Assembly (NCBI GenBank): GCA_036506555.1
Contig: DASXRO010000108.1
Location: forward strand, 1-60,891
Direction: 5' to 3'
DNA: 60,891 bases
Source of the DNA: Gaiellaceae bacterium
Lineage (GTDB): Bacteria > Actinomycetota > Thermoleophilia > Gaiellales > Gaiellaceae
Part shown: positions 18,520 through 26,550 of the stretch, in pieces
Numbering within the stretch: position 1 is the first letter of the stretch
How the letters are laid out: the number at the start of each line of letters is the position of its first letter
Program-made: the position numbers and the translations under genes
The notes under the pieces: model-generated
Database searches by the model: none
What the model saw: the letters and a program-made list of their open reading frames with translations, nothing else
What the model was told of the DNA's origin: nothing

Positions 18520-19518
18520 CTAAACGATAAAGACCGTCGTCCCGACCGACACGTGCTCGAAGAGCCACTCGGCATCCGGGATCTGCATGCGGATGCACCC
18601 GTGGGAGGCGGAGTAGCCGATCGAGGCGGCGTCGGGCGTGCCGTGGATGCCCACGCCGCTCACTGAGAGACCCATCCACCGCGTGCCGAGTGGGTTGCCC
18701 GGCCCCGGCGGGACCGGTGAGAGCCCTGCGGCCCACGGAGAGTCGGGCGGATACCACCAGGGATTCAGCTGCTTGGTCACGATCGTGAACTTCCCGGCCG
18801 GGCTGGGATAGGCGGGCTGGCCCGTCGCGACGCCGAAGGTCTTCCAGCGCCGCGCGCCGCGATAGAGGTAGAGGCGGTTCTTGCTTCTCGAGATGACGAT
18901 CACCGGGCCGAAGTTCGCGCGCGTGACGCGGGGGAGAAGCAGGTCGTGCTGGAGATCGATAGGCCCGCGCTCTCCCGCGCGGAGCGCGGTCGCGAGGGCC
19001 GTCGCCAGCGGGGCCTCCGGGACCTCGAATCCCGCCGTCGCCTTGCTCACGACCGGCCGGAGCCCGCGCAGCCGTACGTGTGAATCCTTCGCGGGGCGCG
19101 AAAGCTCCCGAGCAAGGCGAGCCGAATAGCTCGCGAGGCGTGGGTGGTCGACGAGCACCGTCAGCGGCACCGCGGCGCCGGGCGAAGCCGAGAGAGCGGT
19201 GCTCACGGCCGGGTGCACGAGAGGGACGCCCAGGCGCGTGGGCGAGACGAAGTGCGTCTCCCCGCGCAGGCCGAGTGCGAGCGGCTGGCGGAAGGACGCC
19301 TGGACCGCTGTCGAGGCCTGCTCCTCCGTCATCCCGCCCACCAGCGTGCCGCCGACGCTGACCCCGTTCGCGATTCGCGCGGGGCCGACGTCGCCGATCA
19401 TCCAGCCCGGCTCGTCTGCGCGGGCCCCTGCTGCCGCAGCCACTGCGGCCACGAGCAGGGCGAGGAAGGCCGCGGCTCGCCGCCACGGGGCCATCGTGCG
19501 GTACCGGCGGTAGTTCAC
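18520..19518 (-). CDS. L,D-transpeptidase (YkuD domain) with N-terminal signal/anchor
   Basis: C-terminal catalytic motif GIHGTPDAASIGYSASHGCIRM and a hydrophobic N-terminus (AAAFLALLVAAVAAAAGA). Confidence 0.85.
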   Translation of the reverse strand: MNYRRYRTMAPWRRAAAFLALLVAAVAAAAGARADEPGWMIGDVGPARIANGVSVGGTLVGGMTEEQASTAVQASFRQPLALGLRGETHFVSPTRLGVPLVHPAVSTALSASPGAAVPLTVLVDHPRLASYSARLARELSRPAKDSHVRLRGLRPVVSKATAGFEVPEAPLATALATALRAGERGPIDLQHDLLLPRVTRANFGPVIVISRSKNRLYLYRGARRWKTFGVATGQPAYPSPAGKFTIVTKQLNPWWYPPDSPWAAGLSPVPPGPGNPLGTRWMGLSVSGVGIHGTPDAASIGYSASHGCIRMQIPDAEWLFEHVSVGTTVFIV

Positions 19519-20879
19519 CGACCGCGCTCGAGCGATTGCGCGACGGCGATCAGCTCCGCGCGCGTGAGGTCTCCGGACACGGTGACGACGAGTTGGTCGG
19601 TGAGGGCCCAGAGGTGGGGAACGTTCCGAGGCACGATAAGGAGGTCAGCGGTCAGCCCAGCGAGGGAGCCGGCTTGGAGCGTGATTTTCTGCGGCTCGTC
19701 GCGGAACCCTTCGCCGATCGCCAGCGGGTCGCTCCACTCGTCCGGGTATCCCGGCACGTGCCGAAGGCGAGTCGTGACGATGAACTGGTCGAGACCGCGG
19801 CGATAGGAGAGCGAGACGACGTCACGCGACTCGGGATTCCCGCCTTCGACTCCTGTCTGCAGGGAGCGCCGAGCGACGGCGACCTCTTCGAGCTTGTATC
19901 CGTCGGGGACGAGGCTCGGGACGAGCGGCGGATAGCCGACCTCGTCGCGAACCTGGTCGAGGCGGTACCGGCGAAAGCCCGCGTCCGTCCGCTCGACGTG
20001 AGTGCCAGTCGGGAATCGAACGGAGAATTCGGTCGCTCCGAGCTTCGGATCGACGGCGAGCTTCTCCACCCGCAGCTCGCTTCTGACGCGGCCGTGGAGG
20101 TAGGAGATCACGTGCACGGGCACGCCGGTCTCCTGGTCGACCGTGATGTCGAACCGATCTGCGTCGGGGTAGATGAGATTCGCCGGCACGGGGACCTCGA
20201 CGCGCCAGGCCGGGCGGCCTTCGTGCACCGTGTCCTCCACGCGGGGATCCTTGGCGGCCAGCAGCGCGCGGACGACGGCGCCGAGGTCTCGCTCGAGGAT
20301 CGAGTCGGAGGGGGCGGGATCCGGGCGGCCGGGCGCAAGTCCCTTCCGCTCCGCTGCGAAGACGGTCGGCTCGTCCTGGATCGAAGCGCTCTGGTTGAGG
20401 GAACGCTCGACACCGTGCGCGGCGTCGTAGGCGAGATCGTTCTTGCCGTCGGTCTGCCGCAGGCGGAAGTCTCCCTTCGCGGTGAGACCGAAGGCCCAGC
20501 GGGAGCTGCTCGCGCCCGTGAGCGGATCCTGGGAGTGGACGGCGATCTCGCCGGTCATCGTCCGCGCCGACGCAAGGCCCCCGGAGACACGGGCCCGCAC
20601 TTCGACCCAGGTCGCCGACTCCGGGCCTGTCTTGGTGCGAGGAAGCCCCGCCACGACGATCGCGGCGAGCATCAGTGCGGCTGCGGCGAGGCGAACCCCC
20701 CACGCGATGCGCCGCCGCCGAAGACGGATGCGGCGCCGCTCGTCGGCCACGCGGAGACGGTGTTCCTCGCCGAGGAGGTAGTGGAGGCGCGCGTGGAAGT
20801 CGGGGCGGTGCTCGGGAACCTCGAGCTCGCGCAGAGCGGCGCCGAGCGCCTCGTCGCGCACCGTCACGCTCGGTGTCAC
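19515..20879 (-). CDS. putative anti-sigma factor: short cytoplasmic N-terminus, one TM, large extracytoplasmic LolA/DUF4367-like domain
   Basis: The GTG start overlaps the stop of the upstream ECF sigma gene (GTGA). TM segment VRLAAAALMLAAIVVAGL. The domain assignment is from general architecture only. Confidence 0.55.
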   Translation of the reverse strand: MTPSVTVRDEALGAALRELEVPEHRPDFHARLHYLLGEEHRLRVADERRRIRLRRRRIAWGVRLAAAALMLAAIVVAGLPRTKTGPESATWVEVRARVSGGLASARTMTGEIAVHSQDPLTGASSSRWAFGLTAKGDFRLRQTDGKNDLAYDAAHGVERSLNQSASIQDEPTVFAAERKGLAPGRPDPAPSDSILERDLGAVVRALLAAKDPRVEDTVHEGRPAWRVEVPVPANLIYPDADRFDITVDQETGVPVHVISYLHGRVRSELRVEKLAVDPKLGATEFSVRFPTGTHVERTDAGFRRYRLDQVRDEVGYPPLVPSLVPDGYKLEEVAVARRSLQTGVEGGNPESRDVVSLSYRRGLDQFIVTTRLRHVPGYPDEWSDPLAIGEGFRDEPQKITLQAGSLAGLTADLLIVPRNVPHLWALTDQLVVTVSGDLTRAELIAVAQSLERGR

Positions 20880-21484
20880 CTTCGGCTGCCCTCTGCCACT
20901 GGGCGCAGCGATCCGCGAAGGCCCGCGCGCGCACGGTTGAGGCGCGAGGCGACCGTTCCGACCGGGATCCCGAGGATCTCGCCGGCTTCGGAGTAGTCGA
21001 ACCCCTCGGCGTCCACGAGCAGGACGACCGCGCGTTCCTCCGGGGAGAGGGCGGTGAGGGCGGCCTCGAGCTCTCGCCGAGCGCTGAGTGCGTCTCCGGG
21101 CTCGGGGGCTGCGCTTGCCTGCCCGGCGAGCTCGTCGAGCGGCAGGTAGGCGACCTTGCGCGCGCGTGCGAGCTCGTCGAGGCAGGCGTTGTAGGTGATG
21201 CGGAAGAGCCACGTGCTGAGCCGGGCATCGCCGCGGAAGCGCGGCAGCGCGCGAAACGCTCTCACGTAGGCCTCCTGGAGGGCGTCATCCATGCGGTCGG
21301 AGTCGCCCAGAATCCGGTACGCGAGCCCGCGCAGGCGCCGGTCGTAGACGCGCACGACCGCGGCGAACGCTTCCTGGTCGCCGTGTCGGGCCCGGTCGAT
21401 GACGTCTGAGCCGACATCGTCCAGGCCCGAGCTGGTGAGCGCCTGCACGCTCATTTCGACTCCGTTGGAGCCGGGCTTGTTCAT
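20876..21484 (-). CDS. ECF-type RNA polymerase sigma factor
   Basis: Region 2 (DQEAFAAVVRVYDRRLRGLAYRILGDSDRMDDALQEAYVRAF...STWLFRITYNACLDE) and region 4 (LSPEERAVVLLVDAEGFDYSEAGEILGIPVGTVASRLNRAR). Alternative start at 21454 (MSVQAL). Confidence 0.85.
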   Translation of the reverse strand: MNKPGSNGVEMSVQALTSSGLDDVGSDVIDRARHGDQEAFAAVVRVYDRRLRGLAYRILGDSDRMDDALQEAYVRAFRALPRFRGDARLSTWLFRITYNACLDELARARKVAYLPLDELAGQASAAPEPGDALSARRELEAALTALSPEERAVVLLVDAEGFDYSEAGEILGIPVGTVASRLNRARAGLRGSLRPVAEGSRR

Positions 21485-21485
21485 T

Positions 21486-22421
21486 TCACGAGGCGGGCTC
21501 GAGGACGACGGGGATGTGCACCTCGTGAGGCGGGTGGCCGGTGCCCGCGGCGTCGTCGTCGTGGACGACGATCGCCCCGCGCTGCGCGGCGTCGACCTCG
21601 TAAGGGACGGTGACCGAGAAGGTTCCGCGGCACCCGGTCCCGCACGTCGCGGTCGTGAACTTCGTTCCGATGACCCGCCCCGCCGAGTCGAGGATCTCGA
21701 CGGTGACGTTCGCCTCGAAGACGTTGGCGCTTCCCGAGACGGTGACCGGGTTGGAGACGGCCTGCCCGATCGCGGGGCTCTCGACGAGGATGGCAGGCAG
21801 GAGGTCGTTGTAGTTGCTGCACCTGAGCGGATGGTCGACGACGATCCCTTCACCACCGAGAACGTCGATCCGGTGGCCGTCGAGCTCGAAGAGCACGCCC
21901 TTTACGGTCTGGAACTGGTCGAGCGTGCAGACGACCTGCGCGAGGCGCATGGTCATTGAAGCCGTCCCGCCGCCTGCCTGGTACTCGGAAGTGAGGTCGA
22001 CGGTTGCGATGCCCTTGTCGACCGTGAGACCGAGGAACTGGGTTCCGCCCGGCACCTGGGACTCGACGCCCGCGCTCCTCTCGCTGTCGGACGGGCCCTC
22101 GAGGAGGGACTCGACGGCGGCGCTGCCGACACGGGGGGTTGCCTTCTCGGTCCGACGGACGACGAAGAGCTGCTCACCGCGGTGGAACCAGACCTGGTAG
22201 CTGACGAGGCCGGAGCCGCCGCCGCCCGAGGTCTCGGTGCCGGCGGGCAGCGTTCCCTCGCCGCCGCTCTCGGTGCCCGACCCGCCGGCCTGCTGACCGC
22301 CGGGGTTCGCAGTCGGAATCGGGCCGGCCGACTGAGCGCCGTTTCCGGTGCCGCAGCTTGCGACGACGACGCCGAGGAGGCCGGCGAGGATGATGCTGAG
22401 GGTTACGACTGCGTAGCGCAT
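21486..22421 (-). CDS. lipoprotein with GerMN domain and C-terminal Gmad2-like Ig domain
   Basis: Signal plus Cys (LLGVVVASCG), a Gly/Ser-rich linker, then a GerMN-like block (YQVWFHRGEQLFVVRR...AVESLLEGPS...TVDLTSEY) and an Ig-like tail (VSNPVTVSGSANVFEANVTVEILD). Confidence 0.7.
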   Translation of the reverse strand: MRYAVVTLSIILAGLLGVVVASCGTGNGAQSAGPIPTANPGGQQAGGSGTESGGEGTLPAGTETSGGGGSGLVSYQVWFHRGEQLFVVRRTEKATPRVGSAAVESLLEGPSDSERSAGVESQVPGGTQFLGLTVDKGIATVDLTSEYQAGGGTASMTMRLAQVVCTLDQFQTVKGVLFELDGHRIDVLGGEGIVVDHPLRCSNYNDLLPAILVESPAIGQAVSNPVTVSGSANVFEANVTVEILDSAGRVIGTKFTTATCGTGCRGTFSVTVPYEVDAAQRGAIVVHDDDAAGTGHPPHEVHIPVVLEPAS

Positions 22422-22524
22422 TGAGCTCTCCTTGTCGTGACCACCTCATCCTCGACAGGACGCGCAACGCCGCCTTTGCCGCGGTGTAACGGTTAGGTCA
22501 CAGGCAGTCCCGGCTTCCGGAGCG

Positions 22525-22602
22525 TTAGTCGCAAAGAACAGGGATCAGCGAAACGAGCACCGCCGCGATGGCAACTCCGATGGCGATGTCGAGGGCGCTC
22601 AC
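22525..22602 (-). CDS. possible 25-aa hydrophobic peptide, translationally coupled to the upstream small ORF
   Basis: The GTG start overlaps the TGA of ORF 22599..22808 (GTGA). Encodes (M)SALDIAIGVAIAAVLVSLIPVLCD and ends in TAA. Below the ORF-track cutoff; I read it myself. Confidence 0.25.
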   Translation of the reverse strand: MSALDIAIGVAIAAVLVSLIPVLCD

Positions 22603-22808
22603 CTTCTCAGCGCGTCGAACTTGCTCAGGCAACTGCTCGAGCGAAATCTCCACTGCAGCGGCCAGACCCATAGGGTGAGGGCCAGCAGTGGAAGGCCCAT
22701 CGCGAACGCGGTGACGCCGAGGACGACGCAGGAATCAACCCGCCCCAAAGCTAGCCCGACTCCTACAACAAGTCCGAGGGCATAGGGCGCAAGGCGTAGG
22801 CTCAGCAC
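22599..22808 (-). CDS. hypothetical small membrane protein (69 aa, about 2 TM)
   Basis: GTG start and hydrophobic segments (YALGLVVGVGLALG, LGVTAFAMGLPLLALTLWVW). Lies in the lower-GC patch. No family recognised. Confidence 0.35.
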   Translation of the reverse strand: MLSLRLAPYALGLVVGVGLALGRVDSCVVLGVTAFAMGLPLLALTLWVWPLQWRFRSSSCLSKFDALRR

Positions 22809-22897
22809 TCTCGCGCTCAGGCGCTCACCCTAGCCCGCCGCCGCCTTCCGCAAACCTTCCCACTCCTCTTCTGATCCGCTTCCTTCAATCGCGGCGA

Positions 22898-23542
22898 CTA
22901 GGTGCCGCGGCCAGCGCCGAACGAGAGCGTGACCGGAATCGTGCCTTCCCCCCGCACAAGAACTTCCAGAGCCACACAGCGAACGCCGGCCACGACGAAG
23001 CCGCCGTTGAACTGTGTCATCGCATTGAGCGGCCCACCTACAGGCGCTCTCTCGCCCTTCTTACACGCCTTGAATCTCACGGCAGCCTCGCCGTCCTCGA
23101 TCCTGTAGGCGTTGCGCTCGTTCCAGCCAGCGGGGTTGTAGAGCAGCCCCGCGTAACGTCGTTCCGATTCAGGCAGGACGACGGTCGCGACCGTGTCCCG
23201 TCGCACGAGAACGAGCAGCTTCTGGCCTGCGTAGTAGCCGTCGTTGCCGACAATGCGCGCGAAGAGCGAAGCGGGCTGTTCCGCGTACTGGTCGGCTGAG
23301 TAGAAGACCAGCGGCCCGGCGATGATCGAGTGCTTCCGCCAGGCGGGATCGTCGAGCGTCCCGTAGACGCTCATTTCGCATGTTCGAACGAACGCTCTCC
23401 GAGGCGCGGCAGACGCCGTGGTGGTCGCTGAAGGTGAGCTCGTAGCCTTCGCCTCGCTTTTCCCGAACGTGCAGGCGGCGGATGCGAGCGAAAGCAGCAC
23501 CACGAGAGCGAGCAGGGCGAGCCAACCGACTTCACGTCGCAT
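22898..23542 (-). CDS. hypothetical secreted protein / lipoprotein (214 aa)
   Basis: N-terminal signal (WLALLALVVLLSLASAAC) followed by a Ser/Thr/Ala linker. Non-shadow composition. No family recognised. Confidence 0.55.
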   Translation of the reverse strand: MRREVGWLALLALVVLLSLASAACTFGKSEAKATSSPSATTTASAAPRRAFVRTCEMSVYGTLDDPAWRKHSIIAGPLVFYSADQYAEQPASLFARIVGNDGYYAGQKLLVLVRRDTVATVVLPESERRYAGLLYNPAGWNERNAYRIEDGEAAVRFKACKKGERAPVGGPLNAMTQFNGGFVVAGVRCVALEVLVRGEGTIPVTLSFGAGRGT

Positions 23543-23624
23543 CGGCAGCCATACGATGAAGGAGCAACAGGAGGTCCTAGCCCGCCGCCGCCCTCCCGCA
23601 CGCCATCCTCCTGTGAGCCGGCGG

Positions 23625-24207
23625 TTATCCGGCGCGCGGCAACCGCTGACGGCGACCGAACGCGCCGAACCACATTAAGGCCGCCGCGAGGGCGACGACC
23701 AACGCCGCCGCAGCTATCACGGGCGCGGCCGCCATCCGCGTGCGGCCGTCCGGCTGCGAAGACACGCCTTGCGCGGGCTGCCCGCCGACGCAGACGTCGC
23801 CGCCAACGCAGATCGCGCCCTTGCCGAGGAGGATCTCCTCGCCAGCGCCATAGCCGCCGGTCCCATAGCGGACGCGAAGATCCCAGCCGCCGGTTGTGGG
23901 AAGATGATCGCCGTGCGGTAACGACCGCCGCCCAGGTCCTCGGTGGCGAACCGACGTGTCTGCCCTTCGCTGAAGATGACCACGTAGACGTCGTTCACGC
24001 CAGCGACTGGGTGGCCGTCCTTCGGGTAGGGGGAAGGGCCAAAGGGATATATAGCTCCAGGACCACCGAGACGGGCTCGCTCGGCTGGACGTCGTTCGGC
24101 GCCCAGGAGACGACATTCGCCTGCAGCTCCTCGGCCGCGGCGGTCGGTGCGAGCGCGCCAGCTACCAGCGCGAACGCAAGAAACGAAAGAGCCATCCTCC
24201 CGATCAT
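23625..24207 (-). pseudogene. disrupted gene for a secreted, C-terminally membrane-anchored protein; reading frame changes twice
   Basis: The frame ending at 23995 carries a signal peptide (MIGRMALSFLAFALVAGALAPTAAA...VVLELY). The sense continues in a second frame (YPFGPSPYPKDGHPVAGVNDVYVVIFSEGQTRRFATEDLGGGRYRTAIIFP). It then continues in a third frame (TTGGWDLRVRYGTGGYGAGEEILLGKGAICVGGD...AAPVIAAAALVVALAAALMWFGAF). Confidence 0.5.
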
Positions 24208-24410
24208 CGTTCTCTGCCGTGTCAGGTGCTTGCCCCCACTACACCGCACGGTGATCCCTCGTTCCGCCCGCCGACCAGCGATGTGTGACCCAACCCCCCC
24301 GGAGCCTGACAGGGACCCGGCTCGGCGGCCGTGAGTCCTTCACGCCGCCGAGCGTGTGCGTCGGGCCGCCTCACCTTGCCAAAGCCTTGCCAATGGGGTC
24401 GATGGGCGCG

Positions 24411-24473
24411 GGGAGCGGAGTCTCCGATTTGATCGGTTTTCCGGCTGTTTCAGCCGCTCGGGACTCCGCTCCC
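24411..24473. other. 63-nt nested inverted repeat predicted to form a three-way junction
   Basis: Outer 12-bp perfect stem GGGAGCGGAGTC (24411-24422) / GACTCCGCTCCC (24462-24473). It encloses the hairpins CCGAT-TTG-ATCGG (24424-24436) and CGGCTG-TTT-CAGCCG (24442-24456). Lies 6 nt beyond the histidine kinase stop. Confidence 0.3.
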
Positions 24474-24478
24474 TGCTC

Positions 24479-25867
24479 CTATGTCACCGGGAGGCGCAGG
24501 GTGAAGCGGGTGCCGCGGCCGACCTCGCTCGACACGTCCAGGTCGCCGCCGAGCAGGCGGGCGTTCTCGAGGGCGATCGCGAGCCCCAGGCCGCTCCCCG
24601 GCCCGGCTCGCGAGGAATCGGCCTTGTAGAAGCGCTCGAAGACGTGCGGGAGACGATCGGGGGGGATGCCGGGGCCCTGGTCGGTGACCTCGACGAAGGC
24701 ACCGACCCCGTCCTCGCCGACGCGGACGAGAACGTCACGCCCCGCATGCTCGAGCGCGTTCCCGACCAGGTTGGCGACGATGCGCTCGAGTCGGCGCGGA
24801 TCGGTTTGCAGCACGACCTCGTCCCGCTCGATTTGCACCCGGTCGTCCCAACGGCGTGACCGCACCGCCGATGCGACGAGCGAGCCGACGTCCACGGGCT
24901 CCGTACGCACGCGCGCCTCGCCCGCATCCAGCCGGGAGATCTCCATTAGGTCCTCGACCAGGTCCCTGAGGCGGGCGACGTCGTTCACGAGGAGCTCGGC
25001 GGGCCGGCGCGCCTCGGGCGGCATCCGGTCGAGTTGCTCGGCGAGGAGGGAGGCCTCGGCGACCAGCGCGGTCAGCGGGGTGCGCAGCTCGTGGGAGACG
25101 TCCGACGTGAAACGGCGCTCGCGCGCCTGCGCGTTGGACAGCGCGGTGATCTTCGCCTCCAGCGCATCGGCCATCTCGTTGAATGACGCAGCCCACGCCC
25201 CGAACTCGTCCTCCGACTCGACCGGCAAGCGCGTGTCGAGGAGGCCCTCCGCCAGCGAGTGGGCCGCGACGCTCGCACGCGCCACGGGGCGCAGCATTCC
25301 TCGCGCGAGGAATGCGCCCACGAGACCTCCGAGGAGGATGAGCCCGCCGAGGACCGAGAGGAGAATCGTCCGCAGCTGCGCGAGCTCGTCCCACAGCCGC
25401 TCCTCGGAGAAGAAGTAGTAGAGCGACGTGTTCGCCTTTGCGACCCGGCCGCCGACGACGAGGTAGCGTTGGCCGGCCACCTCGGTGCGCTCGTAGCCGA
25501 GCCTGCCCGAGGCGACGACGCGCTTGAGCCCGTCGGGAACCTGCGCGTAATCGAGCGAGAGGCTCGAGGAGAACGTCCGGCTGCCGGTGCGACCAACGGT
25601 GATGAAGCTGCCGCGGCGCTGGTAGGCGGCGAGCAACTCATTCCGCTGGGTCGTGGTCGGGTTTGGCCCCAACCTCTCTCCCGCGAGGACGAGGTTGAAG
25701 CGGGCCTGCTCGAGCGAGCGGTCGACCGAATCGGAGAGGCGGGACTCCCGCACGATCAAGTACGAGCTGACGGCGAGGATCGCTGCCGAGAGTCCGGCCA
25801 TGAGCATGAATGCGACCGTGAGCCGCCGGCGAAGCCGGCCCGTGCGGACGCGAAGGGGCGCCGGCAT
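24479..25867 (-). CDS. sensor histidine kinase (TM-HAMP-HisKA-HATPase_c; MtrB/MprB-like)
   Basis: H-box FTSDVSHELRTPLTAL, N box LVGNALEHA, G boxes VTDQGPGIP and GSGLGLAI, and two hydrophobic segments. Confidence 0.9.
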   Translation of the reverse strand: MPAPLRVRTGRLRRRLTVAFMLMAGLSAAILAVSSYLIVRESRLSDSVDRSLEQARFNLVLAGERLGPNPTTTQRNELLAAYQRRGSFITVGRTGSRTFSSSLSLDYAQVPDGLKRVVASGRLGYERTEVAGQRYLVVGGRVAKANTSLYYFFSEERLWDELAQLRTILLSVLGGLILLGGLVGAFLARGMLRPVARASVAAHSLAEGLLDTRLPVESEDEFGAWAASFNEMADALEAKITALSNAQARERRFTSDVSHELRTPLTALVAEASLLAEQLDRMPPEARRPAELLVNDVARLRDLVEDLMEISRLDAGEARVRTEPVDVGSLVASAVRSRRWDDRVQIERDEVVLQTDPRRLERIVANLVGNALEHAGRDVLVRVGEDGVGAFVEVTDQGPGIPPDRLPHVFERFYKADSSRAGPGSGLGLAIALENARLLGGDLDVSSEVGRGTRFTLRLPVT

Positions 25868-25869
25868 GG

Positions 25870-26550
25870 CTAGTCGGTGTCGAAGCGGTAGCCGACGCCG
25901 CGAACGGTTTTGATCATGCGCGGCTCCTTGGGATCGTCCTCGACCTTGGCGCGCAGCCGCTGGACGGCCACGTCGACGAGACGGGAGTCCCCGAGATACT
26001 CGTAGTTCCAGACGCGTTCGAGGAGGAGCTCACGGGTGAAGACCTGGCCCGGCCGGCGCGCAAGCTCGAGGAGGAGCTTGAACTCGGTCGCCGTCAGCTT
26101 CAGCTCCTCGCCTCGGCGACGCGCGACGAAGGCGCCGGGATCGACCTCCAACTCTCCGCGGATGATGACCGGCTCCTCGGGAGCGGCCACTGCGCGCCTG
26201 ACCGCGGCGCGCGCCCTGGCGACGAGCTCGGCCATCTCGAAGGGCTTCGTCACGTAGTCGTCGGCGCCCAGCTCGAGCCCGACGACGACGTCCACGGTGT
26301 CGCTCTTGGCCGAGAGCATGATGATCGGGACGCGGCTCTCGCCGCGGATCTGCCGGCAGACCTCGTAGCCGTCGAGGTTGGGAAGCATGACGTCGAGGAT
26401 GACGAGGTCGAAGGGGGTCTGGCGGAAGTGAAGCAGCCCCTCGCGCCCATCCGCGGCGGTTGTGACCCGGAACCCGGCCTGTGTGAGCCCGAGCGTCGCG
26501 ACCTCGCGAATCGACGCGTCGTCCTCGACCAGGAGTACGCGTTCGTCCAT
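25870..26550 (-). CDS. OmpR/PhoB-family response regulator (MtrA-like)
   Basis: MDERVLLVEDDASI...DLVILDVMLPNLDG...LSAK... plus a winged-helix C-terminus (LTATEFKLLLELARRPGQVFTRELLLERVW...VRGVGYRF). Start at the internal ATG 26550, whose A is shared with the TGA stop of the upstream CapA-like gene (TGATG). Confidence 0.9.
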   Translation of the reverse strand: MDERVLLVEDDASIREVATLGLTQAGFRVTTAADGREGLLHFRQTPFDLVILDVMLPNLDGYEVCRQIRGESRVPIIMLSAKSDTVDVVVGLELGADDYVTKPFEMAELVARARAAVRRAVAAPEEPVIIRGELEVDPGAFVARRRGEELKLTATEFKLLLELARRPGQVFTRELLLERVWNYEYLGDSRLVDVAVQRLRAKVEDDPKEPRMIKTVRGVGYRFDTD

